Shown here: positions 36,732 to 47,100 of the stretch, piece by piece
Layout of the letters: each line of letters begins with the position of its first letter
Numbering within the stretch: the stretch's first letter is position 1
From: Candidatus Omnitrophota bacterium
GTDB taxonomy: Bacteria > Omnitrophota > Gorgyraeia > Gygaellales > Profunditerraquicolaceae
DNA length: 64,000 nucleotides
Assembly (NCBI GenBank): GCA_022710715.1
Contig: JAKLGJ010000001.1
Location: forward strand, 170,041 to 234,040
Reading direction: 5' to 3'
Notes under the pieces: generated by a model
Told to the model about the DNA's origin: nothing
The model's database searches: none
What the model saw: the letters and a program-made list of their open reading frames with translations, nothing else
Translations under genes and position numbers: made by a program

Positions 36732-38235
36732 CGCCGAACAGATCCACTGGGATTTTCTCTCGCTGCTCGTGCTGGCCGCCTGCGCGGTTTTGCAGATTGT
36801 CCGCTGGCCGATGTTCCCGCAGTTCATGGACACTTTTTACCACCTGCACACGGCCTGGGGGTTTAACCTGGCCGGCGGTTACAGCATCTGGGATTTCTGG
36901 CAGTACGCGCCGGTCGGCCGTTCGCATATCTACCCGCCGTTTTTCCATATCGTGCTTGCGCTGATCCTTAAAACCGGCATGCCGCAGATCATCCTGGCCA
37001 AGCTCCTGGAAGTAACGCTGCCGATCATCCTTCTGGCGTCGGTCTGGCGTTTTTGCCGGAAGCGCTTCGGCGACGATTTCGCTTTCTGGACGGCGATAGC
37101 CTTTGTTTCGTCATTCGGATTCTTCTCTGCGCTGGCGAATCATTTGCCGTCGACGTTAGCTTTTATTCTCGGGACGCTGGCGGTAGAAAGGATGTGGCGC
37201 CGGGACGTCCTGCGCGCCGCGCTGCTGCTGGGAATGATTTTCTATACCCATATCGGCATGGCCTGGTTCTGGGCGCTGGTCATGGTTTCCTGGGGCGCAG
37301 TTGAAAAAAAGTCCCGCCGGCATACTTTGCTTGCGGTCGCGCTGGCGCTGGTTATGGCTGCGCCGTTCTTGTTCACGCAGGCGGCGGGTTTAGAGCATAT
37401 TGCCCGCATGGGATACAAGCTTAACGAAAGTCTGGCCCTGCAGCTTAAACCGTTCAATATTCTGCTGGCAGTGCCCGGTCTTATCCTGGCCATACGGCGT
37501 AAAGAGTACCGTTTTTTTCTCTGCGTGCTTATGGCCAGCCTGGTGTTCCTGCCGTATCCGTTCCGGTTGGTCAGCGCTGAAGGGTTCTTTGCGATTATCC
37601 TCTTGAACGCAGTGGCGCTGCGCGCGGCCTGGCAGAAATGCTCCTCGCCCCGGGCCGGTAGAGCGGTTTTGACCTGCGCGGTGTGCGGATTGGCGGTGCT
37701 TTCGCCGACCATCGCCCGGACGCCTCCGGTGCACGGTCAGAAGACCTACTGGAAAATGGAGTGGTTCGATTCCGCGCCGGCCGGCACGCTCCTCGCCAAA
37801 GGGCAGCAGCTCTGGATGCCGCAGCAGTACGTTGAGGCGGCGCAGGTCATCCGGCAGAATACCGGCTCCCGGGATATCCTGGTCTCCAGCCTGGATATGT
37901 TCGGAGTGATCCTGGCGGTTGTTTCCGGCAGGCCGACGGCCAACGCGTTGCTTCCGGAAGTCAAGGCCAGTCGCCGGTTCGATTCTCTGGCCGTATCCCG
38001 GATGATCGTAATCCCCAAAGACGAAGATGCAGGGGTGGTGGAGAGCGCGATCAGAGAGTATAATCTCGAAAAGATCGGCGAGAACAAATTTTTCCTCTTT
38101 TTGCTCAACCCTTCGGCGCAAGGGAGCATGCTCGTACGCCGGGCAACCGTCGGCTGGCCGGTGATACTGTTTTGCCTGGGGATATGGGCAGTCTTGCTGC
38201 TGGTATCCATTTCGCTTGAGTTTTCCGGGGAATAG
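36718..38235 (+). CDS. Large polytopic membrane protein with periplasmic domain (possibly GT-C-fold glycosyltransferase-like); function unknown
   Basis: More than 10 predicted TM helices with a hydrophilic segment about 340-470 aa; no firm motif. Confidence 0.4.
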   Translation: MPRNNAEQIHWDFLSLLVLAACAVLQIVRWPMFPQFMDTFYHLHTAWGFNLAGGYSIWDFWQYAPVGRSHIYPPFFHIVLALILKTGMPQIILAKLLEVTLPIILLASVWRFCRKRFGDDFAFWTAIAFVSSFGFFSALANHLPSTLAFILGTLAVERMWRRDVLRAALLLGMIFYTHIGMAWFWALVMVSWGAVEKKSRRHTLLAVALALVMAAPFLFTQAAGLEHIARMGYKLNESLALQLKPFNILLAVPGLILAIRRKEYRFFLCVLMASLVFLPYPFRLVSAEGFFAIILLNAVALRAAWQKCSSPRAGRAVLTCAVCGLAVLSPTIARTPPVHGQKTYWKMEWFDSAPAGTLLAKGQQLWMPQQYVEAAQVIRQNTGSRDILVSSLDMFGVILAVVSGRPTANALLPEVKASRRFDSLAVSRMIVIPKDEDAGVVESAIREYNLEKIGENKFFLFLLNPSAQGSMLVRRATVGWPVILFCLGIWAVLLLVSISLEFSGE

Positions 38236-38249
38236 CTTATAATAGGCGT

Positions 38250-38876
38250 ATGTTCAAACTGGGATCGTTTCAGGATTATCTGTTGACCTTTATCGCCATT
38301 TTCGTGGCGGTGGACGCGCTGGGCAATATCCCGTTGTTTATCTCCCTGGTAGAGGGGATGACCAGGAAGCAGCGTCGTAAAACCGTTACCGATTCAGTGG
38401 CAACCGCGACCATCGTAGCGATGATCTTTGTTCTGGTCGGAGAATGGGTTTTTACCTTTATCGGTATCACCATCCCCGATTTCCAGATTGCCGGCGGCCT
38501 GCTGCTTTTTATCCTCTCCATGCGCTTGCTTTTTCCCTCGGCGGCCAAATCGATTTTTACCGATGGCCGCGACCACGAGATCGGGGTATTCCCTTTAGGC
38601 ACTCCTTTGATCACCGGACCGGCGGTGTTGACCACGACGCTGATGATGGTGCACGGGTATGGTTTCACGCCGACCTTCGTTTCGCTGGTGTTGAATATGG
38701 CCATCGTCTGGCTCTGTCTGGCCCAGGCCGATTTTTTCATGCGTATCATCGGTCCGGGCGGCTTGCGCGCCCTGGCCAAGATCATGTATATCCTGCTGGC
38801 TTCCATCGGCATCATGATGATCCGCAAAGGCGGGTTTGCGGTCATCCAGACCTATCTCCCTGTAGCTAAACCATGA
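38250..38876 (+). CDS. marC: MarC-family (UPF0056) integral membrane protein
   Basis: N-terminal FIAIFVAVDALGNIPLFISL signature with a multi-TM profile. Confidence 0.7.
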   Translation: MFKLGSFQDYLLTFIAIFVAVDALGNIPLFISLVEGMTRKQRRKTVTDSVATATIVAMIFVLVGEWVFTFIGITIPDFQIAGGLLLFILSMRLLFPSAAKSIFTDGRDHEIGVFPLGTPLITGPAVLTTTLMMVHGYGFTPTFVSLVLNMAIVWLCLAQADFFMRIIGPGGLRALAKIMYILLASIGIMMIRKGGFAVIQTYLPVAKP

Positions 38877-40108
38877 ATCCAACTTCACAGAATGTTTTAA
38901 CCTTTATCATGGCCGGCGGTAAAGGCGAACGCCTTTGGCCGTTGACCAAAGACCGCACCAAGCCGGCAGTGCCGTTCGGCGGCATCTATCGTATCGTCGA
39001 TTTTTCCTTGAGCAACTGCATCAACTCCGGTCTGCGCAGGGTCTATGTGCTGACCCAGTATAAGTCCGCTTCTTTGCAGCGGCATATCCGTTTAGGCTGG
39101 AACATCCTTTCCTCGGAATTAAACGAGTTTATCGAGCCTCTGCCGGCGCAGCAGCGTATAGGAGAGACCTGGTACCTGGGCACTGCCGACGCCATCTATC
39201 AGAACCTGAACACCCTGGAAATGGATCCGCCGGAAGACGTATTGATCCTGGCCGGCGATCATGTTTACAAGATGAATTATTCCTACCTCATCGAGGGGCA
39301 CCGTAATTCCGGAGCGGATGTCACCCTGGGCGTGGTGGAAGTGGATAAATCCTTATCCGCCCAGTTCGGGGTGGCGGAGATCGAAGAGGACGGCACAGTC
39401 AAAGATTTCAAGGAAAAGCCGCAGCATCCGAAGACCATCCCGGGCAAGCCGGACAAGATCCTGGCTTCCATGGGTATTTATGTTTTCAAGATGGACAAGC
39501 TCATCGAGAAGCTGGTGGAAGACGCTCATGACGAAACATCCGCCCATGATTTTGGCAAAAATATCATTCCCCGGATGGTCAAGGAAGGCTATAGCGTGCA
39601 ATCGTACAACTTCATAGACGAGAATAAGAAGAGCGCGCAGTACTGGCGGGATATCGGCACCATCGACGCCTATTATGAGGCGAACATGGACCTGGTGCAG
39701 GTGGAGCCGGTATTCAACCTGTACGATCGGGATTGGCCGGTGCGCACCTATCAGGAACAGTTCCCTCCGGCCAAAACGGTTTTTGCCGGCGAAGAGATCA
39801 CCGGCAGGGTCGGTTTAGCCGTAGATTCGATGGTTTGCGGCGGTTGTATCATCTCCGGCGGCCAGGTCAAGCGTTCTATCCTTGCCCCGAATGTCCGGGT
39901 TAACAGTTTCTCCCAGGTGACCGATTCCATCCTGATGGAAGGAGTGGATATCGGCCGCCATGCCAAGATCCGCCGGACGATTATCGATAAGGGAGTGAAT
40001 ATTCCCGCGGGTATGGTCATCGGGTACGATGCCAATGAAGACAAAAAACGTTTTTATGTCAGCGAATCCGGGTTGGTGGTAGTGGCTAAACATACCGAGA
40101 TAACATAG
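38873..40108 (+). CDS. glgC: Glucose-1-phosphate adenylyltransferase
   Basis: MAGGKGERLWPLTKDRTKPAVPFGG...left-handed beta-helix C-terminus. Confidence 0.85.
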   Translation: MNPTSQNVLTFIMAGGKGERLWPLTKDRTKPAVPFGGIYRIVDFSLSNCINSGLRRVYVLTQYKSASLQRHIRLGWNILSSELNEFIEPLPAQQRIGETWYLGTADAIYQNLNTLEMDPPEDVLILAGDHVYKMNYSYLIEGHRNSGADVTLGVVEVDKSLSAQFGVAEIEEDGTVKDFKEKPQHPKTIPGKPDKILASMGIYVFKMDKLIEKLVEDAHDETSAHDFGKNIIPRMVKEGYSVQSYNFIDENKKSAQYWRDIGTIDAYYEANMDLVQVEPVFNLYDRDWPVRTYQEQFPPAKTVFAGEEITGRVGLAVDSMVCGGCIISGGQVKRSILAPNVRVNSFSQVTDSILMEGVDIGRHAKIRRTIIDKGVNIPAGMVIGYDANEDKKRFYVSESGLVVVAKHTEIT

Positions 40109-40120
40109 GAGAGCAAGCGC

Positions 40121-40570
40121 ATGCTACGTAAAGCCAGAGTTTCCGATATCAAGCAGATTCAGGAGTTGATCAACGCTTTTGCCCGGCAGGATCTGATGCT
40201 GCCCCGTTCCCTTAATGAGTTGTACGAAGGGATACGCGATTTCTGGGTTGCGCAGGAGCGGGGCAAGATCATCGGCTGCTGCGCTTTGCATATTTCCTGG
40301 GCGGATCTGGCGGAGATCAAATCCCTGGCAGTGAGGAAGGAACAACAGAAGAAGGGCATCGGACAGGAACTGGTCCAGGCCTGTCTGCAGGAAGCTATGG
40401 CTCTGGGCGCCAGGAAAGTGTTTGTGCTGACCTATAAACCCGCGTATTTCCAGGCTTTCGGCTTTAAGAAGGTTCAGCATGACGATTTGCCGCATAAAGT
40501 CTGGGCAGAGTGCATCAACTGCCCCAAGTTCCCCAACTGCCAGGAAATCGCCCTATTAAAAACCTTGTAA
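40121..40570 (+). CDS. GNAT-family N-acetyltransferase (ArgA C-terminal-domain-like)
   Basis: IIGCCALH...QQKKGIGQELV (motif A). Confidence 0.6.
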   Translation: MLRKARVSDIKQIQELINAFARQDLMLPRSLNELYEGIRDFWVAQERGKIIGCCALHISWADLAEIKSLAVRKEQQKKGIGQELVQACLQEAMALGARKVFVLTYKPAYFQAFGFKKVQHDDLPHKVWAECINCPKFPNCQEIALLKTL

Positions 40571-40626
40571 AAAGCCCGAATTCGTGTATAATGATTTAGA
40601 TTTTTAACCCCAAACTGGAGGTTTCA

Positions 40627-41781
40627 ATGCTGAATTACCTGTTGACTGATGAACAAAAGATGATCAAGGATCTGGCGCATAAGATTGCCGAAGAGAAGAT
40701 CCGGCCGGTAGCAGCCAAATACGACAAAACAGAGGAATTTCCCTGGGAGGTGATCAAGGTTATCGCCGCTTCGGACCTTTTCGGCCTGTTTATTCCCGAA
40801 GAATACGGCGGCATGAGCGTCAACGTGATGAATCTTTGTCTGGCCACCGAAGAGCTTTCCCGCGCCTGCGGCGGCATTGCCGTTTGCTACGCGGCTTCTG
40901 CTCTGGGAACGTTCCCGATCGTTCTGTTCGGTAACGATGCGCAGAAGAAGAAATATCTGCCGGATCTGGCCAAAGGTAAGAAACTCGCGGCATTCGGTTT
41001 GACCGAGCCTGAAGCCGGTTCTGACGCGGGTTCGATCAAGACTACCGCCAGGAAAGAGGGCAACTATTACATTCTTAACGGTACCAAGCATTTCATCACC
41101 AACGGCGGCGATGCCGAAACCTATACCGTCGTGGCCATGACCGACAAGAATAAAGGCGCCCGCGGAGCTTCCGCTTTTATCGTGGAAAAGGGCACCAAGG
41201 GATTTACCTTCGGCAAGAAAGAAGATAAGCTCGGGATCCGGGCTTCCTCGACCATGGAGCTGGTTTTCAACGATTGCAAGGTTCCCGCGGAGAATTTGCT
41301 GGCCAAAGAAGGCATGGGATTCATTGTGACCATGCGCACGTTCGATATGTCCCGGCCCGGGGTTGCCGCCCAAGCTCTGGGTATCGCGCAGGGGGCTCTG
41401 GAGTTGGCGGTCAAATACAGCCGTCAGCGTCATCAATTCGGCAAACCCATTTCCAGCTTCCAGGGAATCCAGTGGATGTTCGCGGATATGGCTACAGAGA
41501 TCGAAGCGGCCCGCGCGCTGGTCTATTCCTGCGCCCGCGCCGTTGACGCCGGAGAGAAAGATATAGGGGCAGCTTCAGCTATGGCCAAACTCTTTGCTTC
41601 CGATGTGTCCTTCAAGGTCTGCGATATGGCCCTGCAGATCCACGGCGGCTACGGCTATATGAAAGATTATCCCATCGAAAAATATCTGCGCGACGCCAAG
41701 ATCACCCAGATTTACGAAGGCACCAACCAGATTCAGCGTAATATCATCGGCCTTCAGATGATCAAGGATTTAGCGAAGTAA
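40627..41781 (+). CDS. Acyl-CoA dehydrogenase (short/medium-chain, butyryl-CoA dehydrogenase-like)
   Basis: FAD and substrate-binding motifs; catalytic Glu near the C-terminus (YEGTNQIQ). Confidence 0.85.
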   Translation: MLNYLLTDEQKMIKDLAHKIAEEKIRPVAAKYDKTEEFPWEVIKVIAASDLFGLFIPEEYGGMSVNVMNLCLATEELSRACGGIAVCYAASALGTFPIVLFGNDAQKKKYLPDLAKGKKLAAFGLTEPEAGSDAGSIKTTARKEGNYYILNGTKHFITNGGDAETYTVVAMTDKNKGARGASAFIVEKGTKGFTFGKKEDKLGIRASSTMELVFNDCKVPAENLLAKEGMGFIVTMRTFDMSRPGVAAQALGIAQGALELAVKYSRQRHQFGKPISSFQGIQWMFADMATEIEAARALVYSCARAVDAGEKDIGAASAMAKLFASDVSFKVCDMALQIHGGYGYMKDYPIEKYLRDAKITQIYEGTNQIQRNIIGLQMIKDLAK

Positions 41782-41802
41782 ACGCTACAAAAGGATCGGT
41801 CT

Positions 41803-42600
41803 ATGAACATAATCGTCTGCATCAAACAGGTTCCGGAAACCACCGAGGTCAGGATCAATCCCGAGACCAACACCCTGATCCGCGACGGGGTCAAATCCAT
41901 CGTTAACCCGTTCGATATGTACGCTATCGAAGAAGGCGTCCGGCTGAAGGAACGCTTCGGCGGCAAGGTTGTTGTGGTCACCATGGGGCCGCCGCAGGCG
42001 GAAGCTGCCCTGCGTGAAGCCATCTCCATGGGCTGCGATGAAGGCATCCTCATCACCGACCGCGCTTTTGCCGGAGGCGATACCTGGGCGACCAGTTATA
42101 CTTTATGCCATGCCATCAAGAAGATCGCCCAAGAGTTCGGAGCATTTGACGCGATCCTCTGCGGCAAGCAGGCTTCGGACGGCGACACCGCACAGGTCGG
42201 GCCCGGCATTTCCTCCTGGCTGGACCTGCCGCAGGTGACCTATGTGAAGAAGATCGAGGAGATCAAGGATAATCGCGCCCGCGTGGAACGCATGACCGAG
42301 GAAGGATTTGATATCGTCGAGACTCCGTTACCGGCGTTGATGACCGTGGTTAAGGAGATCAACGAGCCGCGTATCCCGTCTTTAAAAGGGATGATGCGTT
42401 CCAAGTCCGCCAAGATCATTTCCTGGACGGCCAGGGATATCGGGGTGGAAGCCAAAGATGTCGGTTTGTCCGGTTCCCGCACCCAGGTGGTCAAGATCTT
42501 CACTCCTCCGGTGCGCAAGGGCGGAGAGATGCTTGAGGGGGAGACGGCGGACAAAGTGAACAAACTTGTGGAGTTAGTGAAAGGTGAGGTTACCGGCTAA
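41803..42600 (+). CDS. etfB: Electron transfer flavoprotein beta subunit
   Basis: MNIIVCIKQVPET...VNPFDMYAIEEGVRLKE. Confidence 0.85.
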   Translation: MNIIVCIKQVPETTEVRINPETNTLIRDGVKSIVNPFDMYAIEEGVRLKERFGGKVVVVTMGPPQAEAALREAISMGCDEGILITDRAFAGGDTWATSYTLCHAIKKIAQEFGAFDAILCGKQASDGDTAQVGPGISSWLDLPQVTYVKKIEEIKDNRARVERMTEEGFDIVETPLPALMTVVKEINEPRIPSLKGMMRSKSAKIISWTARDIGVEAKDVGLSGSRTQVVKIFTPPVRKGGEMLEGETADKVNKLVELVKGEVTG

Positions 42601-43802
42601 TGGGAATACAGATAATTCAAGATAAATGCGTGGGATGCTCTTTGTGCGTGAAGGCCTGTCCTTTTGCGGCCATCACCATGACCAATAAGAAAGCGGTTAT
42701 CGATCTGAATAAATGCACGCTCTGCGGCGCCTGTCCTCCCACGTGCAAATTCAAGGCTATCCTGCTGGAGAAACCTGTTGCTGCGGCAGAGAAAAAAGAT
42801 CTTTCGGGTTACAAGGATGTCTGGGTGTTCGCCGAGCAGAAGAAAGGCAAAGTGCAGTCTGTGGCTTTTGAGTTGATCGGAAAGGCCCGCGAACTTGCTG
42901 GCAAAGTCGGGTCGAAGGTGGCCGCGGTGCTTATCGGCAGCAACATGGAGATGGCTGCCCAGGAATTGCTGTGCTGCGGAGCGGATATCGTCTATCTGGT
43001 CGACGCGCCGCAACTGGCCAATTATCAGGATGAACCGTATACCACCATCCTGGTCAAGCTGATCAAGAAATATAAGCCCGAGATCGTGCTCTGCGGCGCC
43101 ACCTTTATCGGCCGTTCGCTGATTTCCCGGGTTGCGATCAAGATTGACGCCGGTCTGACCGCGGATTGCACCGGTCTGGATATCGATCCGGATAAGAAAC
43201 TGCTTTTGCAGACCCGTCCGGCATTCGGCGGAAATATCATGGCTACGATCATCACTCCCAACCATCGTCCGCAAATGGCTACGGTCCGGCATAAAGTATT
43301 CGCGCAACCGGCGCTGGATAAGAGCCGAAAAGGCAAGATTGTCAAAGAAACGTTCCCGCCGGAGGATCTGAAATCGCGGACCACGCTCCTGGACATCGTC
43401 GAAGAGGTCGAGGGGCTGGTGAATATCGCGGAAGCGGATATCATCGTTTCCGGCGGACGCGCCCTGGGCAACCACGAGAATTTCAAGATGCTCGAAGAAC
43501 TGGCCCAGGTGCTCGGCGGAGCGGTGGGTTCGTCCCGCGCCGCGGTTGACGCCGGCTGGATGGCGTATTCGCATCAGGTGGGGCAGACCGGCAGGACGGT
43601 CGCGCCGAAGCTGTATATCGCCTGCGGTATTTCCGGGCAGATCCAGCATCTGGTCGGGATGCAGTCATCGAAAATCATTATCGCGATCAATAAAGATCCG
43701 GATGCTCCGATTTTCAAGATTGCCACCTACGGTATTGTAGGCGATGTCTTCGAAGTAGTTCCCGCTCTCACTAAAGCCTTCAAAAAAGCCCTGAACAAAT
43801 AG
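42600..43802 (+). CDS. etfA: Electron transfer flavoprotein alpha subunit with N-terminal 2x[4Fe-4S] ferredoxin domain
   Basis: N-terminal [12 protein letters not shown]...[11 protein letters not shown], then the EtfA body ([11 protein letters not shown]-binding C-terminus). Confidence 0.85.
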   Translation: MGIQIIQDKCVGCSLCVKACPFAAITMTNKKAVIDLNKCTLCGACPPTCKFKAILLEKPVAAAEKKDLSGYKDVWVFAEQKKGKVQSVAFELIGKARELAGKVGSKVAAVLIGSNMEMAAQELLCCGADIVYLVDAPQLANYQDEPYTTILVKLIKKYKPEIVLCGATFIGRSLISRVAIKIDAGLTADCTGLDIDPDKKLLLQTRPAFGGNIMATIITPNHRPQMATVRHKVFAQPALDKSRKGKIVKETFPPEDLKSRTTLLDIVEEVEGLVNIAEADIIVSGGRALGNHENFKMLEELAQVLGGAVGSSRAAVDAGWMAYSHQVGQTGRTVAPKLYIACGISGQIQHLVGMQSSKIIIAINKDPDAPIFKIATYGIVGDVFEVVPALTKAFKKALNK

Positions 43803-43956
43803 TTATCCACAGGGAGTCCCGGAAGAGCTGTGGATAACTCCTGGTAGAGTTTGTTGAAATATGTTAAAGATTGCACAAAGAAGCCATTGTATGGCTTCTT
43901 TTGTTTTATTCATGACCATATTGATTGAGCATGTTAATTTATGTTAAAATTTTCCT

Positions 43957-43990
43957 TGACAGAGTGTCAAATTATTTTATAATAATGAGC
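43957..43990 (+). promoter_or_regulatory. Promoter candidate TTGACA-GAG-TGTCAA...TATAAT; -35 embedded in a 15-bp perfect palindrome
   Basis: TTGACAGAGTGTCAA at 43957-43971 and a -10 TATAAT about 16 nt downstream, immediately before the HTH gene start at 43985. Confidence 0.4.
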
Positions 43991-44167
43991 ATGAACATTC
44001 AGGAATTGCTCACTATCGACGATTTATCCGCTTATTTACAAGTAAGCCGCAGGACTATTTATGAGTGGCTAAAGCACAATAAGATACCCGCTTTGAAGCT
44101 GGTGGGGCAGTGGCGTTTTCAAAAAGACAAAATCGATTTATGGATTCAACAGCAAACTCACGGATAA
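43985..44167 (+). CDS. Small helix-turn-helix DNA-binding protein (excisionase/MerR-superfamily HTH_17-like), 60 aa
   Basis: LLTIDDLSAYLQVSRRTIYEWLKHNKIPALKLVGQWRF is a typical excisionase-family HTH. The ORF track starts at an upstream TTG 43925. Confidence 0.6.
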   Translation: MSMNIQELLTIDDLSAYLQVSRRTIYEWLKHNKIPALKLVGQWRFQKDKIDLWIQQQTHG

Positions 44168-44185
44168 TTTGCCTAAGGAGGGCGC

Positions 44186-47100
44186 ATGTATTTTAAAAAA
44201 CTCGAGATCGTCGGTTTCAAATCCTTCATGGAGAAGACGGCGCTGAATTTTGAGCCGGGTATCACCGCAGTCGTCGGCCCTAACGGTTGCGGCAAGAGCA
44301 ACATTTTCGATTCCATCCGCTGGGTGCTGGGCGAACAATCGGCGAAGTCCCTGCGCGGTACGGCCATGGAGGACGTTATCTTCAACGGTACGGACACCAA
44401 ACCTGCGCTGGGCATGGCGGAAGTAAGCCTGTCGTTCGACAATAGCGCGAAGTTCTTTCCGGTTGACGGCGATGAAGTGACGATCACCCGCCGGCTCTTC
44501 CGTTCCGGCGAAAGCGAATATCTGCTTAATCGCGCGCAGGTGCGTCTCAAGGATATTCAGGATATACTGCTGGGCACCGGCATCGGCGCGGAGAGTTATT
44601 CCATTATCGCCCAGGGGAAGATCGATCTGGTGTTGAGTTCCAAGCCCGAGGAGCGACGCGCCGTATTTGATGAAGCCTCCGGCATCACCAAATACAAGGC
44701 CCAGAAACGCGAAGCCCTGCGCCGGCTCGAGGAAACCGATAACAATCTGCTGCGCATCAACGATATCATTACCGAGGTGAAGCGTTCCATCGGTTATCTG
44801 GAACGTCAGGCCAATAAGGCCCGCCGTTACCAGGTCGTTTTTGAAGACTTGAAAAAGAAAGAGATCCAGCTGGCGGTTATCCAGAAGAACGCGCTGGTTT
44901 CGGAAAAGCAAAAGTTCATCATCGGGATGGATAATCTCAAGTCTGAAGAAGAGGCTTTGCACCGGAAGATCCAGGAGCAGGAATCATCCCTCAATCAGCG
45001 TAACGAAGAGCTGCGCTCATTCGAAGAAAAGCTGAACCAGGTCAAGGCCGATATCGTCAATCTGGAAAATCTCATACAGCGCAATACCCAGCATATACAG
45101 TTCAATCATGAGCGGATCAAGGAGCTGGAGGGATCAAAGAAATACGTGGAGGGACAGATCCTGCAGACCCGGGAACGCCTGGTCCAGGACCAGGAGAAAT
45201 TAAGCCGGCTCCAGGAGGAACAGCAGTATATCCGCCGCAACATAGACGAGAAGACGGTGGCTTTACAGCAGAGCGAGAGCGAGTTACACGCGCTGGTGGA
45301 GTCGATCAGGGCCGCCACCGAGAGCATCGCTCATGCCAAGAAAACCATCCTCGACGTGGTAACCCGGGTGGCCCAGCGCAAGAACGAATTCACCGATCTG
45401 ACCTCAAAGCATCAGGTGTTGTTATCGCGCAAAAAGAGACTGGAGCTGGAAAAAGCCAAAGTCTTCGACGAGAAATCCCAGTTTGAAGTCAACCTGCATC
45501 AGCTGGCTGCGGACCTGCTGCAGTTGGAGAGCGAATTCCAGCAGACCGGCCAGAAGCTTTCGGCCACAAAAGAAGAGAGCGACCGGGTGAACAAAGATCT
45601 CGCGGAATTGAACGCGCAGTTGAGCGAAGAAGAACGCCGCCTGATGTCCTTGCAGTCGCAGAAAGAATTCCTGGAGCGGTTGCGTAACCAATACGAAGAT
45701 ATCACCGAATCGATGAATGCGCGGATTCACCTGGATAAGCTGCCCAGCGAGAAGATCACCGGCCTGGTGGTCAAGATCAATCAGCATCCCGAGCTTCCCG
45801 CGGATATGACCGGCCAGAACGTGCAGGATTTCCAGTTCCTCGGCGAAGCCAAACCGATAGATCTAAGCGCGGAGCTGGTGGCGGAGAAGATCAAGAAAGT
45901 CGAAGAGCAGATCGCGGTCCTGAAATTCAATAAGGCGACCAAGGAGCAGCATCTCCAGGAACTGTCCGCGGGGATCAGCGGTCTGACCGACCAGCTGCAG
46001 GCGCAGGAAGTGGCTTTGTCCAACAAGCGCACCGTGCATCATACGGTGGTCGAGCAGTTCAATAAGATCAGCGAAGAGGAGCAGATCATTCTGCTGGAGC
46101 TGTCCGAAGTGGAGAGCGAATTAAAGACGCAGGAAGATAATCTGCAGATGACTCAACGGCAGATCGCCGACCTGGAGCAGGAGCATCGCAATCTGGAAAC
46201 GTCCATTCATGACGCCCAGGAAAGTATCAATGCCAATGCGAAAGTCAAGGAACAGGTCCTGGTAGCGGTTGCGCAAGTTAAAACCGAACTGGACAATCTC
46301 AACAAGCGCATGGCTGCGGAAGAAGCCGACATACAGTCTCTGGCGGACGCCTGCCGGCAGGATGAGGCGGAAATTGCGGATATGGAAGAGCGTCTGAAAG
46401 ATACCAGCCGGAAACAGGAAGCGCTGGCAACGGAGATCGCCGATCTGGAAGCCCGTACCGTCGGCACCCGGCAGGAGATCAGCGAGAAATCCGCACAGTT
46501 CGACGCCGGGCAGGAGGAATACCGGCAGTTGTCCGCGGCGCTGGAGGCGGTCACCAGGGCTATCGATGAGGAAAGAAAGACGTACGATACGCTCAAGGAT
46601 AAATTATACGAAATGCAGATGCAGGAGAAGGACCTGGACTTCAAGTATCAGAGCATCAAGCAGCGTTTGATGCAGTCGTATAAGATCGATCTGGACAGTT
46701 CGGTTCCGCTGGATGTTCTCGCTCCGGCTCCCGTTGTTGCGGCGTCCGCGCCCGCCGAAGCCGCTCCGGCGCAGATTGAACCTGCTCCGGTTGAATCCAC
46801 TCCGGTTGAACCCGCGCCGACCGGCGAAGTGCCGCCGGCGCCGGATATCCTGGCGCAAACCCTGGCCCTTGATCCGCAGATGCTCTCGGACGAGATACAG
46901 CGCTTGCGCGAGAAAGTTTCTTCCTACGGAACGGTCAACCTGGTGGCGATCGAAGAATACGATGAGCTGAAGAAACGCTACGATTTCCTCACCCAGCAGC
47001 AAAACGACCTGCTTACCGGAAAGACGGCGTTGACCGACGCCATTCAAAAGATCAACCGCACTACCCGCAAGATGTTCATGGAGACGTTCGAAAAGGTGCG

